Assembly: GCA_028711505.1 (NCBI GenBank)
Contig: JAQTSC010000004.1
Span: 1-62,706 of the forward strand
DNA length: 62,706 bases
Direction of reading: 5' to 3'
DNA from: Minisyncoccota bacterium
GTDB taxonomy: Bacteria > Patescibacteriota > Minisyncoccia > JAHISW01 > Tagabacteraceae
This document shows, in pieces, positions 1-9,643 of the stretch (the first letter of the stretch is position 1; every line of letters starts with the position of its first letter). The notes under the pieces were generated by a model. That model ran no database searches. It worked only from the letters and a program-made list of their open reading frames with translations, and had not been told where the DNA came from. The translations under genes and the position numbers were made by a program.

Positions 1-173
1 GAACTCGGTATAAAACCCGAGTTTTATAAATTAAGCGTTAAAAACAAAAAAATTTTTCTATCTTCTGTAAATCCCGTGATTAAAAACGAGATTTACATAA
101 ATAAAAACAAAATTCTGAAGAAAATATCAGGCAAGTTTAAAAAAAATAGCCCTCAAAATCTTTTCTTTACCGG

Positions 174-2720
174 TTAATCGGTAAATTTCAAAGTGATATT
201 GTATTCACTTTTATTTTTTACTTTGTCATAAACCACCAGTTTTAATGTTTTCGTGCCAGAAGAAAAAATAGAATCGTTTAAATTAAAAGAAAATCCAAAG
301 GGGTAAGACGAGGCTGAACCAAGGAATTTTTCATTGAGATAAAAATCTATTTGCCCCAAGGAAAATTTACTACGGTCAACAACACTGATGTTTACGGTTT
401 GGTTTTTTGAAAAAGATGAATTTTCCAGCGGGCTTAAAATTGTTATTTCCGGAGCGTTTTCCTGTTTGTGTATGTCATCATAATCTTTTGGGATATTGTT
501 TTCCGTTTCTTCCGCTATTTTTTGAATTTCCACCCAATTTCTTATCGGTGTTTCCCATAAAATAAATTGAGGGTCTTCCCCGGGGTTCGATGGTTTTTCT
601 CCAAGTGGATTGTTTTTATCTACCCAATAAAGGATTGAATGAATTTGCGTTAAAACTTTTATTTCCTTCATTTCTTCGGGTGTGTTGTTTGTCGCGAGTT
701 TTCCCGTTATTTTGTCGACAATATAAATTATGCCTCCGCGCCAATTTCCCGTTAATACGGGTTTCAATTCGCCTTCCCCTGTTCTTTCCGGTTTCAAAAA
801 ATCTTCTTTTGTTGTTTGCTCAAGCGCTTTTTTCATAAATGCGTTCCACATGGGAGCCGCGATGAACCCCGCCACCTTTTTTTCCATGGAGCTGTTGTCG
901 TTGTTGCCCACCCATACTCCGGCGGCGAAATTGGGCGTATAGCCTATTACCCAGGCGTCGCGGTAGTCGTTTGTTGTTCCTGTTTTTGCCGCAACCTGTC
1001 TTTCGGGAAAATAAAGGTAAGAACTTTCACCAAAAGCCGGAGTTCTGGCATTGTTGTCCGAGAGCACGTCGTTTATCATACGCGCTATTTTTTCTTCCAA
1101 CACGCGTTTTGGTTTTGAGTTGAATTTTTCCAAAATATCTCCTTCGTTATCTTTTATTTCCAAAATCGGCGTCAGTGAATTTTTTACGCCATCGTTTGCA
1201 AAAACCGAATAAGCGCCGGTCATTTCAAGGAGTTTAACTTCCCCGCCCCCAAGAACCAGCGTGAGCCCGTATCTTGAGGGGTCTCCCAAGGTGTTTATTC
1301 CAAGATCTTTGGCTGTTGCAAGAGAGTCTTTCAACCCGGCAAGATAAAGCGTTTTTACCGCCGGAACATTTATTGATTGTGCCAGCGCGTCTCTTAGACT
1401 GATTGGGCCCCTGTAAACATGGTCATAGTTTTCCGGATGATAACAAACCTCGGATTTTACTCCCGGTTTAGGGGTTCCGTTCGGGTTGCACAAAGAGCTG
1501 AATTCGGTGAATAAATCAAAAACAACAGTTTTGTCTATATACCCTTTTTTAAAGGCGGTGGCATAAACAAATGGTTTAAAAGAAGAACCGGGTTGTCTTC
1601 CTTTTTGGTAAGCGGTTACATTTACGCTTGGCTCAAACTTGCAGTTTACTCCCGGGGTGCAGTTTTCAGGAAGAGGATCCGTGTTCCAGTCTCTTGAACC
1701 TACCATCACGAGAATTTGCCCTGTTTTTGGGTCAACAGCGGTGAGCCCTGCGTTGTACGCGTTGAATTTGACCTGGTTCTCCTCCGCGTATTTTTTTACT
1801 ATTTTTTCGGCTTCTCGCTGTAAGTCCAAATCAAGCGTCGTTATAACTCTTAGCCCCCCTTGTTCAACAATGTCTTTCCCGTATTTTTCTTCAAGATAGC
1901 TTTTTACGAACATTACGAAATGGGGCGCTTGTATTCCTTTTTCTTCGGCGGTGAGAAATGCAATTTTTTCAGTTTTGGCTTTTTCGTATTCTTCTTCTTC
2001 AATAAAATTCAGATTAAGCATTCTTTGAAGAACTAAATCTTTTCTTTTTTCAAGGTCGTCGACGTGGACGCCGTAAGGAGAATAATAAGAAGGCGCTTGA
2101 GGAAGCGCGGCAAGATATGCCGCTTCCGCAAGCGTGAGGTCTTTTACTGATTTTCCCAGAAAAGAATTTGCCGCGGCCTCAATTCCGTAATTGCTTCCTC
2201 CATAGGGAATTTCATTCAGATATAAAGTGAGAATTTGGTCTTTGGAAAGCGTTTTTTCCAGTTTTAACGCGATAAAAAGCTCTTTTATTTTTCTGGTAAA
2301 GGTTTTTTCTCCGGTAAGAAAAGAGTTTTTCGCGAGTTGCTGCGTTATTGTGGACCCTCCCTGTTTTAATTCTCCGGACATTATATCCACAAAAAGCGCG
2401 CGCAATATTCCGATCGGACTTATTCCTTTATGCTGGTAAAATTCCGAATCTTCTATTGCCACCGTGGCGTTTTTTATGTTTCGCGGAATGTCTTCATAGG
2501 GGACAACCGTTCTTTTTATATTCTCATGTATGTCATAAAGAACGTTTTTCCCCGTTTTGTCGTAGATTTTGGTGGATTCAGCAACTTTTCGTTGATCAAA
2601 AGTGCTATAGTCGGGGATAGCTAAATTTTCAAACCACCTGACCAAAAGAAGCCCCGAAGCTATCGCGGCCAGTATGACGAGAATAGGCAAAAATTTTACT
2701 ATTTTTCTTTTTCGTTTCAT
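174..2720 (-). CDS. class A penicillin-binding protein (glycosyltransferase + transpeptidase, PBP1A type)
   Basis: 848-aa ORF with N-terminal membrane anchor. GT51 motifs EDSEFYQHKG and RKIKE. Transpeptidase SSFKPF (SxxK) and KTGTT motifs. Extra C-terminal extension. Confidence 0.9.
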   Translation of the reverse strand: MKRKRKIVKFLPILVILAAIASGLLLVRWFENLAIPDYSTFDQRKVAESTKIYDKTGKNVLYDIHENIKRTVVPYEDIPRNIKNATVAIEDSEFYQHKGISPIGILRALFVDIMSGELKQGGSTITQQLAKNSFLTGEKTFTRKIKELFIALKLEKTLSKDQILTLYLNEIPYGGSNYGIEAAANSFLGKSVKDLTLAEAAYLAALPQAPSYYSPYGVHVDDLEKRKDLVLQRMLNLNFIEEEEYEKAKTEKIAFLTAEEKGIQAPHFVMFVKSYLEEKYGKDIVEQGGLRVITTLDLDLQREAEKIVKKYAEENQVKFNAYNAGLTAVDPKTGQILVMVGSRDWNTDPLPENCTPGVNCKFEPSVNVTAYQKGRQPGSSFKPFVYATAFKKGYIDKTVVFDLFTEFSSLCNPNGTPKPGVKSEVCYHPENYDHVYRGPISLRDALAQSINVPAVKTLYLAGLKDSLATAKDLGINTLGDPSRYGLTLVLGGGEVKLLEMTGAYSVFANDGVKNSLTPILEIKDNEGDILEKFNSKPKRVLEEKIARMINDVLSDNNARTPAFGESSYLYFPERQVAAKTGTTNDYRDAWVIGYTPNFAAGVWVGNNDNSSMEKKVAGFIAAPMWNAFMKKALEQTTKEDFLKPERTGEGELKPVLTGNWRGGIIYIVDKITGKLATNNTPEEMKEIKVLTQIHSILYWVDKNNPLGEKPSNPGEDPQFILWETPIRNWVEIQKIAEETENNIPKDYDDIHKQENAPEITILSPLENSSFSKNQTVNISVVDRSKFSLGQIDFYLNEKFLGSASSYPFGFSFNLNDSIFSSGTKTLKLVVYDKVKNKSEYNITLKFTD

Positions 2721-2895
2721 TTAGAACTTTATCTAATTAATCTAGCCTAAAAAAAAGCCTTTTTCAACTCCAGACATGAAGATAGTAAAGTGTTTGAGCA
2801 TTTCAATTTTTGGATTTTTATATTGAGGTGAAGCCCCTAAGCTGCCGCAACCGCCGCCTTTGATTTAACGGATATTTTTTGCTAACCTGTTTTAT

Positions 2896-4089
2896 ATGGC
2901 TAAAGCGGACAGAGATAAAATAAAACAGATTTTGGAACGGAATGTTGTTGAGGTTATAGAAAAAAACGACTTGGAAAACCTGCTTAATTCCGGTAAAAAA
3001 TTACGAATTAAACTCGGCATAGACCCGACGGGCCCTCGCCTCCACCTTGGGCGCGCCATTTCTTTAAGAAAACTCAGAAATTTTCAGGAAGCCGGCCATA
3101 AAATAGTTTTGATAATTGGAGATTTTACCGCACTTGTCGGAGACGCTTCGGACAAACAATCGGCGCGCAGCCAACTCACAAAAGAGCAGATAAAAAGGAA
3201 CATGAAGGATTATAAAAAACAGATTGGGAAGATTTTGGATATAAAGAAAACGGAATTTCATTACAACAGCAAATGGCTCGCTAAATTGAAATTTGAAGAC
3301 GTTTTGCGCATTGCTTCCCTCTTTACCGTCCATCAGCTTATAGATAGAAGAAATTTTAAAGAAAGATTTGAAGCGGGCAAAATTATCGGGTTTCAGGAAT
3401 TTATGTATCCTCTTATGCAGGGATATGACTCCGTGGCGATAAAAGCGGATGTTGAAATTGGCGGAACCGACCAGCTTTTTAATCTTATGGCGGGAAGAAA
3501 GCTCCAGGAATTCTACGGGCAGAAACCTCAAAATATAATGACTCTGGAAATGCTTGACGGGCTTGATGGACAAAAAATGTCCACTTCGCAGGGAAACGTG
3601 ATAAACATAACCGATACGCCGGACGATATGTTTGGGAAAATCATGTCTATGAGAGACGAGATGATAATGGGATATTTTAAAACAACGACGGATATTTCCG
3701 ATGAAAGGCTGGGCTCGATTAAAGCAGGTCTTGATTCGGGCAGTTTAAATCCGCTTGAAGCGAAAAAAGATTTAGCTTTTGAAATAGTCAGAATGTACCA
3801 CGATTCCGCAAAAGCGGAGCGCGCCAAAGAAAAATTTGAAAGCGTTTTTCAAAAAAAAGAATTATCGGCGGATAGTTTTGATGAAATAAAAGTTCAACAG
3901 GGCGAAGAGCTCAGTGATATTAGCGTAAAACGCGGACTTGTCGCTTCGTTATCTTCTTTTAGAAGACTTATAAAATCCGGCTCGATTGATTTTGAAGGAG
4001 AAGCGATAAAAGATGTGCATTTCAGAATAAAAAAATCCGGAGTTGTCCGGATAGGAAAAAAGATCTTCGTAAAATTGATTGTCGGCTAA
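2896..4089 (+). CDS. tyrS: tyrosyl-tRNA synthetase
   Basis: 397-aa ORF with class I HIGH-type motif (PRLHLGR) and KMSTS (KMSKS-type) motif. C-terminal S4-like tail. Confidence 0.85.
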   Translation: MAKADRDKIKQILERNVVEVIEKNDLENLLNSGKKLRIKLGIDPTGPRLHLGRAISLRKLRNFQEAGHKIVLIIGDFTALVGDASDKQSARSQLTKEQIKRNMKDYKKQIGKILDIKKTEFHYNSKWLAKLKFEDVLRIASLFTVHQLIDRRNFKERFEAGKIIGFQEFMYPLMQGYDSVAIKADVEIGGTDQLFNLMAGRKLQEFYGQKPQNIMTLEMLDGLDGQKMSTSQGNVINITDTPDDMFGKIMSMRDEMIMGYFKTTTDISDERLGSIKAGLDSGSLNPLEAKKDLAFEIVRMYHDSAKAERAKEKFESVFQKKELSADSFDEIKVQQGEELSDISVKRGLVASLSSFRRLIKSGSIDFEGEAIKDVHFRIKKSGVVRIGKKIFVKLIVG

Positions 4090-4100
4090 ATTTAAAAAAA

Positions 4101-4130
4101 CAAGGCTGAGCGCGAAAGCGTTCAGCCTTG
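4101..4130. terminator. bidirectional intrinsic terminator
   Basis: CAAGGCTGAGCGC-GAAA-GCGTTCAGCCTTG hairpin, flanked by an A-run upstream and a T-run downstream. Lies between convergent tyrS and a small minus-strand ORF. Confidence 0.7.
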
Positions 4131-4139
4131 TTTTTGTTC

Positions 4140-4262
4140 TTAAAGTTCGTCGTCTGCCTCGTCCTCGGTTTCTTCGTCTTCTCCGAGCCAGTCGTCTTCC
4201 TTTTTGTCAGCATCGTCTTTTTCCTCCATTTCGTCTAACTCTAATTCTTTGTCGTCGTCCAT
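4140..4262 (-). CDS. possible 40-aa highly acidic small protein (MDDDKELELDEMEEKDDADKKEDDWLGEDEETEDEADDEL)
   Basis: ATG-to-TAA ORF below the ORF-track cutoff, read by hand. It ends 10 nt before the bidirectional terminator. No clear Shine-Dalgarno sequence. Confidence 0.3.
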   Translation of the reverse strand: MDDDKELELDEMEEKDDADKKEDDWLGEDEETEDEADDEL

Positions 4263-4396
4263 ATGTTTAATTTTGCCAAATTAATTATTTAACGACCCCC
4301 GGTTTGCCTTTTTGCTAAGCGATTAGCCGGGATGCTTATTTATTTAGCAGAAACGGTTTTTTTTGTAAAGACGTTTCAAAAAAAGTGTGAATAACT

Positions 4397-4870
4397 TTAA
4401 ATTTTTATGGTCGCGGAGGCCGTAAGGCACAGCGCTATGGCGTCGTAGGTATCGTCATATTTTACCGGACGCCTTATTTTTATAAGAAGTTTTACCATTT
4501 TTTCAACCTGGTCTTTTGACGCTTTTCCGTTTCCGCAAACAGCCGCTTTTACCTGCAGGGGCGTGTATTCTTGTATTTTAATTCCGTTTTTGGTTCCCAA
4601 AAAAATTAAAATTCCTCTTACTTCGGCGACCGCCATCGCAGTTTTTTGGTTTTTGGTGATAAAAAGTTTTTCCAGGCATAAAATATCCGGTTTGTGTTTT
4701 TTTATCATTTCTTCGACTTTTTCCGCAATTTTTAAAATTCTCTCTTCGTGTTTTTGTTTGGGACTTGTTTCAACGCAAGAATAATCAATGAGATTTTCTT
4801 CCGACTTGTTTTTTTCCAAGACCGCGTATCCCAGACGGCCGTAGCCCGGGTCAATTCCGAGAATTTTCAT
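4397..4870 (-). CDS. ruvC: crossover junction endodeoxyribonuclease RuvC
   Basis: 157 aa. N-terminal MKILGIDPGYGRLGYAV is typical of RuvC. Lies in a ruvC-yebC-ruvB cluster. Confidence 0.85.
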   Translation of the reverse strand: MKILGIDPGYGRLGYAVLEKNKSEENLIDYSCVETSPKQKHEERILKIAEKVEEMIKKHKPDILCLEKLFITKNQKTAMAVAEVRGILIFLGTKNGIKIQEYTPLQVKAAVCGNGKASKDQVEKMVKLLIKIRRPVKYDDTYDAIALCLTASATIKI

Positions 4871-4885
4871 ATGTTTTGTAAAAGA

Positions 4886-5446
4886 TTAAAGTTCGGGTTC
4901 GGTTTCAGCTTCTTTTGCGTTAGTATAAACTTTTTGCACATCGTCTCTGTCTTCCAGTTCGTCAATAATTTTTTTAAGCGATTCTTTTTCCGCGCTTCCT
5001 ATCTCCAGCGGAATTTTCGCTTTCCATGCGCCTCCGCTTTCTTTTTCAAAAGCCCAGGCCGCAGAACCCGGTTCTCCGAGTTTTACTCCTCGCTGAGAAA
5101 GCAGATGCCGTATTTCGTTAAATGTTCTGTTTTTGTTGTCGGTTATCGTTTCAATAATAAGAGAACAGCCGCCGGGTCCGAACGCTTCATACCTTGCTTC
5201 TTCGAGATTTTCTTCCTGGCTCGATCCCGCCCCTTTTTTTATCGCCTTTTCAATATTATCCGCCGGCATATTCGCGGCCTTTGCCTGATTTATGGCGTAT
5301 TTAAGTGAAGGATTCATTCCCGGGTCCGTCCCTCTTTTTGCCGCAAGAGAAATAAGCCGCGAAAATTTGGAAAAAAGCTTCCCTTTTTTCACGTCCGTAA
5401 TGGATTTTTGGTGTTTTATCTGGGCCCACTTTGAATGTCCGGACAT
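4886..5446 (-). CDS. YebC/PmpR family DNA-binding regulator (short form)
   Basis: MSGHSKWAQIKHQK N-terminus and DDVQKVYTN C-terminal motif. At 186 aa it is shorter than the usual ~240 aa. Confidence 0.8.
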   Translation of the reverse strand: MSGHSKWAQIKHQKSITDVKKGKLFSKFSRLISLAAKRGTDPGMNPSLKYAINQAKAANMPADNIEKAIKKGAGSSQEENLEEARYEAFGPGGCSLIIETITDNKNRTFNEIRHLLSQRGVKLGEPGSAAWAFEKESGGAWKAKIPLEIGSAEKESLKKIIDELEDRDDVQKVYTNAKEAETEPEL

Positions 5447-5465
5447 GTGGATTATGATTATGTTT

Positions 5466-6476
5466 TTATAATAAAGTGTCCTGGCGAGGGAAAGGCAAAC
5501 CTAAGTGCTCATAAGCTCTTTTTGTGGCCATTCTTCCCGTCCTTGTTCTTTCTATAAAGCCAAGCTGCATTAAATAAGGTTCGTAAACTTCTTCTATCGT
5601 GGCCGTTTCTTCCGACGCCGCCGCGGCAAGAGCCTGTAATCCGACTGGCCCTCCGTTAAATTTATTTATTATTGTGAGCAGTATGCTTCTGTCGGCTTGT
5701 TCAAGCCCTGCTTTGTCAATTTCCAGAAGACCGAGAGCTTCTTCCGTCGTTTTGATATCAAGGAAAACTTTTTTATTTACCTGAGCGTAGTCCCTGCACC
5801 TTTTTAAAAGTCTGTTTGCCACGCGGGGGGTGCATCTGCTGCATTCGGCTATTTTAAGAAGAGCTTCCTTTTCCGCGCGAATTCCAAGGATCTCAGCCGA
5901 CCTCCCGATTATTCTTTCTATTTCCGGAACAGTATAGAACTCAAGTTTAAAAGTTCCGCCGGAAAAACGCGACCTCAAGGGAGACGACAAAAGAGAAACT
6001 CTTGTGGTGGCGGCCAAAAGAGTAAAGGGGGGCAAATCCAACTGAAGAGTTCTGGCAGACGGGCCTTTCCCTATTATGATGTTTAACGAACGCGATTCCA
6101 TCGCCGGATAGAGAACTTCTTCTATCATTTTATTTAAGCGATGGGCTTCGTCTATAAAAAGGATGTCGTTTGAAGAAAGATTTGTAAGAACCGATGCCAA
6201 GTCTCCGACTTTTTCCAAGGCGGGACCGGAAGTTATTTTTATCGGCGAAGACATCTCTTTGGCGATGATGTGGGCAAGCGTGGTTTTGCCGAGCCCTGCC
6301 GGACCGTAAAAGAGCAGATGCTCCAGCGGTTCCCCCCTCTCCTTGGCGGCGCCTGAAAGTATTTTCAAGTTTCTTTTTATATTCTCCTGTCCAACGTATT
6401 CGTTCCATGAGCCGGGTCTCAGGGTTGAATCAAGGGAAAGGTCTTCTTTTATTTTTGCTCTTTTCAAAAGAGTCAT
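5466..6476 (-). CDS. ruvB: Holliday junction branch migration helicase RuvB
   Basis: 336 aa with Walker A GPAGLGKTTLA, Walker B FIDEAH, and RuvB C-terminal winged helix. Confidence 0.93.
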   Translation of the reverse strand: MTLLKRAKIKEDLSLDSTLRPGSWNEYVGQENIKRNLKILSGAAKERGEPLEHLLFYGPAGLGKTTLAHIIAKEMSSPIKITSGPALEKVGDLASVLTNLSSNDILFIDEAHRLNKMIEEVLYPAMESRSLNIIIGKGPSARTLQLDLPPFTLLAATTRVSLLSSPLRSRFSGGTFKLEFYTVPEIERIIGRSAEILGIRAEKEALLKIAECSRCTPRVANRLLKRCRDYAQVNKKVFLDIKTTEEALGLLEIDKAGLEQADRSILLTIINKFNGGPVGLQALAAAASEETATIEEVYEPYLMQLGFIERTRTGRMATKRAYEHLGLPFPRQDTLL

Positions 6477-6558
6477 TTTGTTGTATCTTGTTAGAGGTGT
6501 GATTTCTCGCGCCTGTTCGGCGCTAATTTATCCTCCTGCGGTTAGTAAACCGTCAGAC

Positions 6559-6587
6559 TTGACAGGTTTTTTGTTTTCTGCTACAAT
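6559..6587 (+). promoter_or_regulatory. near-consensus sigma70-type promoter with no downstream plus-strand gene
   Basis: TTGACA (6559-6564), exactly 17 nt spacer, TACAAT (6582-6587). Both flanking genes are on the minus strand. Confidence 0.55.
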
Positions 6588-6593
6588 TACAGA

Positions 6594-6787
6594 AAGTCAA
6601 AACAGAACCCTCAAAATCTCCAGACATAAAATTTATATTTATCGGGATTTTCTGCGCTTTACAGCGCTTTTAAGGACGTTCTGGTTTGCCAGGTTTCCTG
6701 GCAGGCGAGAACTATCCTTGGGAAGATCCTCCGCTTTTGGTGCCCACATTAAAAGCATTGTCTGGAGATTTTGGGGGTTTTGTTATT
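6594..6787 (+). ncRNA. candidate ~190-nt structured small RNA (rod-like, 6S-like architecture; family unknown)
   Basis: No ATG anywhere on the plus strand. A 21-bp closing helix pairs 6606-6626 with 6759-6779 (one G-U) and is followed by TTTTGTTATT. The apical hairpin 6679-6711 has 14 pairs plus 1 mismatch, with two G-U pairs that would be A-C on the other strand. A promoter sits about 7 nt upstream. Confidence 0.45.
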
Positions 6788-8453
6788 CCATATCCACCAC
6801 TCTCCTAACTTCATCAAATGAAGTTTCCCCTTTTAAAATTTTCAATGTCGCGTCCTGTTTCATGACCAGCATTTCTTGCCTCACGCTGGCTTCTCTTATT
6901 TCTGTTTCCGACGGATTTTTCATAACTAATTTTTCCATCTCGTCGTCTATAAGAATTCCTTCAAAAATTCCAATTCTTCCTTTGTATCCTATTCCCCCGC
7001 ATTTCTCGCATCCCGATGCCTGATAAAGCTTCGCTTTTTTTATGTCGATTTTTTCTATTTTTTTAGGTAATCCCTCCATTATTTTTGAAAGAATGGCCAA
7101 CTCTTCTTCTTTCGGTTTGTATTCTTTTTTGCAGTAAGGGCATAATTTTCTGACAAGACGCTGGGCTATTGCCAAGTTGACAGCCGGCGCGATTATATTC
7201 GGATTGGCTCCGAGTTCTATAAGCCGCGGTATGGTGCCGGCGGCATCGTTGGTGTGTATCGTGGAAAAGACCAGGTGCCCGGTTAAGGCCGCGTTTAAGG
7301 CTATCTCCGCTGCTTCCAGGTCCCTTATCTCGCCGACCATGATGACATCTGGGTCCTGCCTTAATATTGAGCGAAGCCCCGAAGAAAAATCATATCCTTT
7401 TTCCGAATTTGTCTGCGTTTGCGTGATTCCTTCAAGGTGGTATTCTATCGGTTCTTCGAGCGTTATTATCTTTATTTCCGGAGACTGGATTTCTTTTAGG
7501 AAAGCGTAAAGAGTCGTTGTTTTTCCCGAACCCGTGGGGCCAGTGGTAAGTATCATGCCGTTGGGTTTTTTGATTTGGGTTTTTATGATTTCCTGCAGGG
7601 AAGGGTCCATACCCAATTCGGCGAAATTGACGTTTATTGATTTCGGATTAAGTATTCTTAGAACCAAAGATTCTCCGTAAGGTCCCGGGAGAGCCGACGT
7701 ACGTATTTCTATTTCTTCGTTTTTTATCTTTACGGAGAAACGTCCGTCTTGAGCCTTTTCCTTTATATTGAGTTTCATCTCCGAAATCAGTTTTATCCGC
7801 GAAAGGAGTAGTTTGTACGCACGTTGATCGAATTCCAGAACGTCGTGAAGAACTCCGTCTATGCGGAATCTTATTTTTACTTCGTTTTCTTCCGGTTCTA
7901 TGTGGATATCCGAAGCGTCCGTTCCAAAAGCGCCGGCCATGAGTATTTCCAAAAGTTCAGAAATTTTTCTGTTTTCGCCGGTAGCCGTTTTTTGAAGGAA
8001 CGCCGCTTTTAAATTTTCAAGAGAATAAGCCTGGCTGAGGAATTCTTCTATCCTTTCCGGTGAAATGTCTATTATTCCTTTTGAAAGCTCTACGAACGCT
8101 GGAACTTCTTTATACCTTGACCACGCTTTCTCAAGGCTTTTGTTTGAAACCAAAAAAGGCTGAATTTCGTAATCTTCGCTAAGCTTTTTAATCCATATTT
8201 TTGCTGTTTCCAGGGTTGGGTTTTGTTCCGCCACCTGGATTTTTTTGCCGATGCCCTGAAACACCGCTATTTTGCCTTTTCTTGAATCTTGCTCCGGAAT
8301 AAGTTTGAGATAATCCAGGTCAATGGTCATTTCCGACAAGTCGGCATACGGAATCCCGTACTTTTTTGACAAAAGATTAGTGACTTCCTCTTCCTCTTTT
8401 TGACGGAGATGTTCTATTTTCAATTTTTGTTTTTCTTCGTCGAAGATAGCCAC
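6783..8453 (-). CDS. type II/IV secretion ATPase (GspE/PilB family), paralog 1
   Basis: 556 aa with Walker A GPTGSGKTTTLYA, Asp box, His box (TGHLVFSTIHTN) and C-terminal CxxC...CxxC Zn motif. Confidence 0.9.
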   Translation of the reverse strand: MAIFDEEKQKLKIEHLRQKEEEEVTNLLSKKYGIPYADLSEMTIDLDYLKLIPEQDSRKGKIAVFQGIGKKIQVAEQNPTLETAKIWIKKLSEDYEIQPFLVSNKSLEKAWSRYKEVPAFVELSKGIIDISPERIEEFLSQAYSLENLKAAFLQKTATGENRKISELLEILMAGAFGTDASDIHIEPEENEVKIRFRIDGVLHDVLEFDQRAYKLLLSRIKLISEMKLNIKEKAQDGRFSVKIKNEEIEIRTSALPGPYGESLVLRILNPKSINVNFAELGMDPSLQEIIKTQIKKPNGMILTTGPTGSGKTTTLYAFLKEIQSPEIKIITLEEPIEYHLEGITQTQTNSEKGYDFSSGLRSILRQDPDVIMVGEIRDLEAAEIALNAALTGHLVFSTIHTNDAAGTIPRLIELGANPNIIAPAVNLAIAQRLVRKLCPYCKKEYKPKEEELAILSKIMEGLPKKIEKIDIKKAKLYQASGCEKCGGIGYKGRIGIFEGILIDDEMEKLVMKNPSETEIREASVRQEMLVMKQDATLKILKGETSFDEVRRVVDME

Positions 8454-8482
8454 TTTTTAGAATTTTATTTTATATATAAATT

Positions 8483-9580
8483 TTACAGCACTTCTTCTTT
8501 TTTCTCCACACCTTCTTTTAATATCTGCCTTAAATTTATTTCCGCCGAAGTGAAATTTTCAAACGGTCCGGCGGTTAAAAACCCGCCTGTTTTTTTAAGC
8601 CCGGATTCTTGGAGTTTGTGGTAGGCCGCTTGCGTTCCTTCTGCCAGGCCGGGAATGACGAGCGCTTCGACATTTCCGTTCGGCTGCCACATCAGTATAT
8701 GCAAATCTTGCGCGACAATATGTTTCCTCGCGGTTTTTAATAGTTGGCGCATGTCTTCGTAGGATAATCCGAAATTGCCGGTTTTTTGAATGTCTCTGGC
8801 GTTTAAAAAGCTCCAGGAAACATTGGACTCCGAATCAACAAAGGTTCGGGCAAGAATTCTTCCGAGCAGCTGCGAAAAAGAAGTGTTTTTTTCTCCTTCC
8901 GTGACCGCTTCCACGGCATTTTTGAATCTGCCGCTTTTCCCCGAAAGTGTAGCCGCGAGATGAAAGACGTTTTCCGTCGTGTTTTCCGTGAGGCCGTTGG
9001 TTTCTTTTAAAAGAGACGCCAAAAAAATAGCGGCGACATTCTCTTTGTCCAGAAGCGAAGGATTAAATATTTTTGCCACATCAAATATTTTTTCGGTGAG
9101 AGTCTCCGCTTCCTTGGACACGAAAAATATATTTTCTTTGTTTGGAAGATTAAAATTTCCGTTTAGGCGGGAAAGGTCTTCTTCTTTTTCAAAAAAGCAG
9201 ATTACCGCTTCGGGTTCTACCGGAAGTTTTTCGAGCAGTAAATCGTTTATGGAAAGAATTTGGTTGCCGGCGGTTATTATCAAAAATAATTCGTCTTCAC
9301 TTTCTTTGTAGGAAACTTCCCTTACTTCATATCTTGATTTAGGAAGCCTTATGGATGTTTTTTTGGGAAAAGATATCTCCGGAGCTTGCCTTATTATGGC
9401 GTTCCATTTTCTGAGAAAATTTTCGGGCGGATCGGGCAAAAGAAGACAGGCCAGATTTTGAAAAGACATCGTTTCTTTTAGAGCCTCTCTCAAAAGAAGT
9501 TCGTGTTCTTCCGGAAATTCGCCCAAAAGCAAAACGAAGCTTTTGGATTTTGAAATTTTTTGCCTCGTCTTTTCTGTCAT
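8483..9580 (-). CDS. hypothetical protein, possibly a degenerate DHH/DHHA1-like fold
   Basis: 365-aa ORF. There is a weak resemblance to the NrnA-type layout (AAIFLASLLKETNGL; KTGGFLTAG in place of GGGH). Catalytic motifs are not recognisable. Confidence 0.3.
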   Translation of the reverse strand: MTEKTRQKISKSKSFVLLLGEFPEEHELLLREALKETMSFQNLACLLLPDPPENFLRKWNAIIRQAPEISFPKKTSIRLPKSRYEVREVSYKESEDELFLIITAGNQILSINDLLLEKLPVEPEAVICFFEKEEDLSRLNGNFNLPNKENIFFVSKEAETLTEKIFDVAKIFNPSLLDKENVAAIFLASLLKETNGLTENTTENVFHLAATLSGKSGRFKNAVEAVTEGEKNTSFSQLLGRILARTFVDSESNVSWSFLNARDIQKTGNFGLSYEDMRQLLKTARKHIVAQDLHILMWQPNGNVEALVIPGLAEGTQAAYHKLQESGLKKTGGFLTAGPFENFTSAEINLRQILKEGVEKKEEVL

Positions 9581-9643
9581 TACTTTCTTACTAGCATTTT
9601 TCCCTTATTCACATCAAGCTTGACCCTGTTAGAAGTTTTCAGC

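Noticed and set aside
1-173. Two small hairpins (ACTCGG-N8-CCGAGT at about 3-22; GTAAATC-N16-GATTTAC at about 67-96) at the window edge
   Set aside because: They are AT-rich with weak stems and no T-run on either strand. The context is cut off by the window start, so I cannot distinguish a terminator from chance.
2721-2895. T-box riboswitch upstream of tyrS
   Set aside because: The spacer is only 175 nt and must also hold the divergent PBP promoter. I could not find the T-box consensus (…GGUGGUACCGCG…), a specifier loop or an AG bulge by eye.
6343-7023. 226-aa plus-strand ORF spanning the ruvB start, the intergenic region and the pilB-like 3' end
   Set aside because: It is antisense to two well-supported genes and crosses the candidate ncRNA. 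Its composition is Ser/Phe/Leu/Arg-rich with no start signals.
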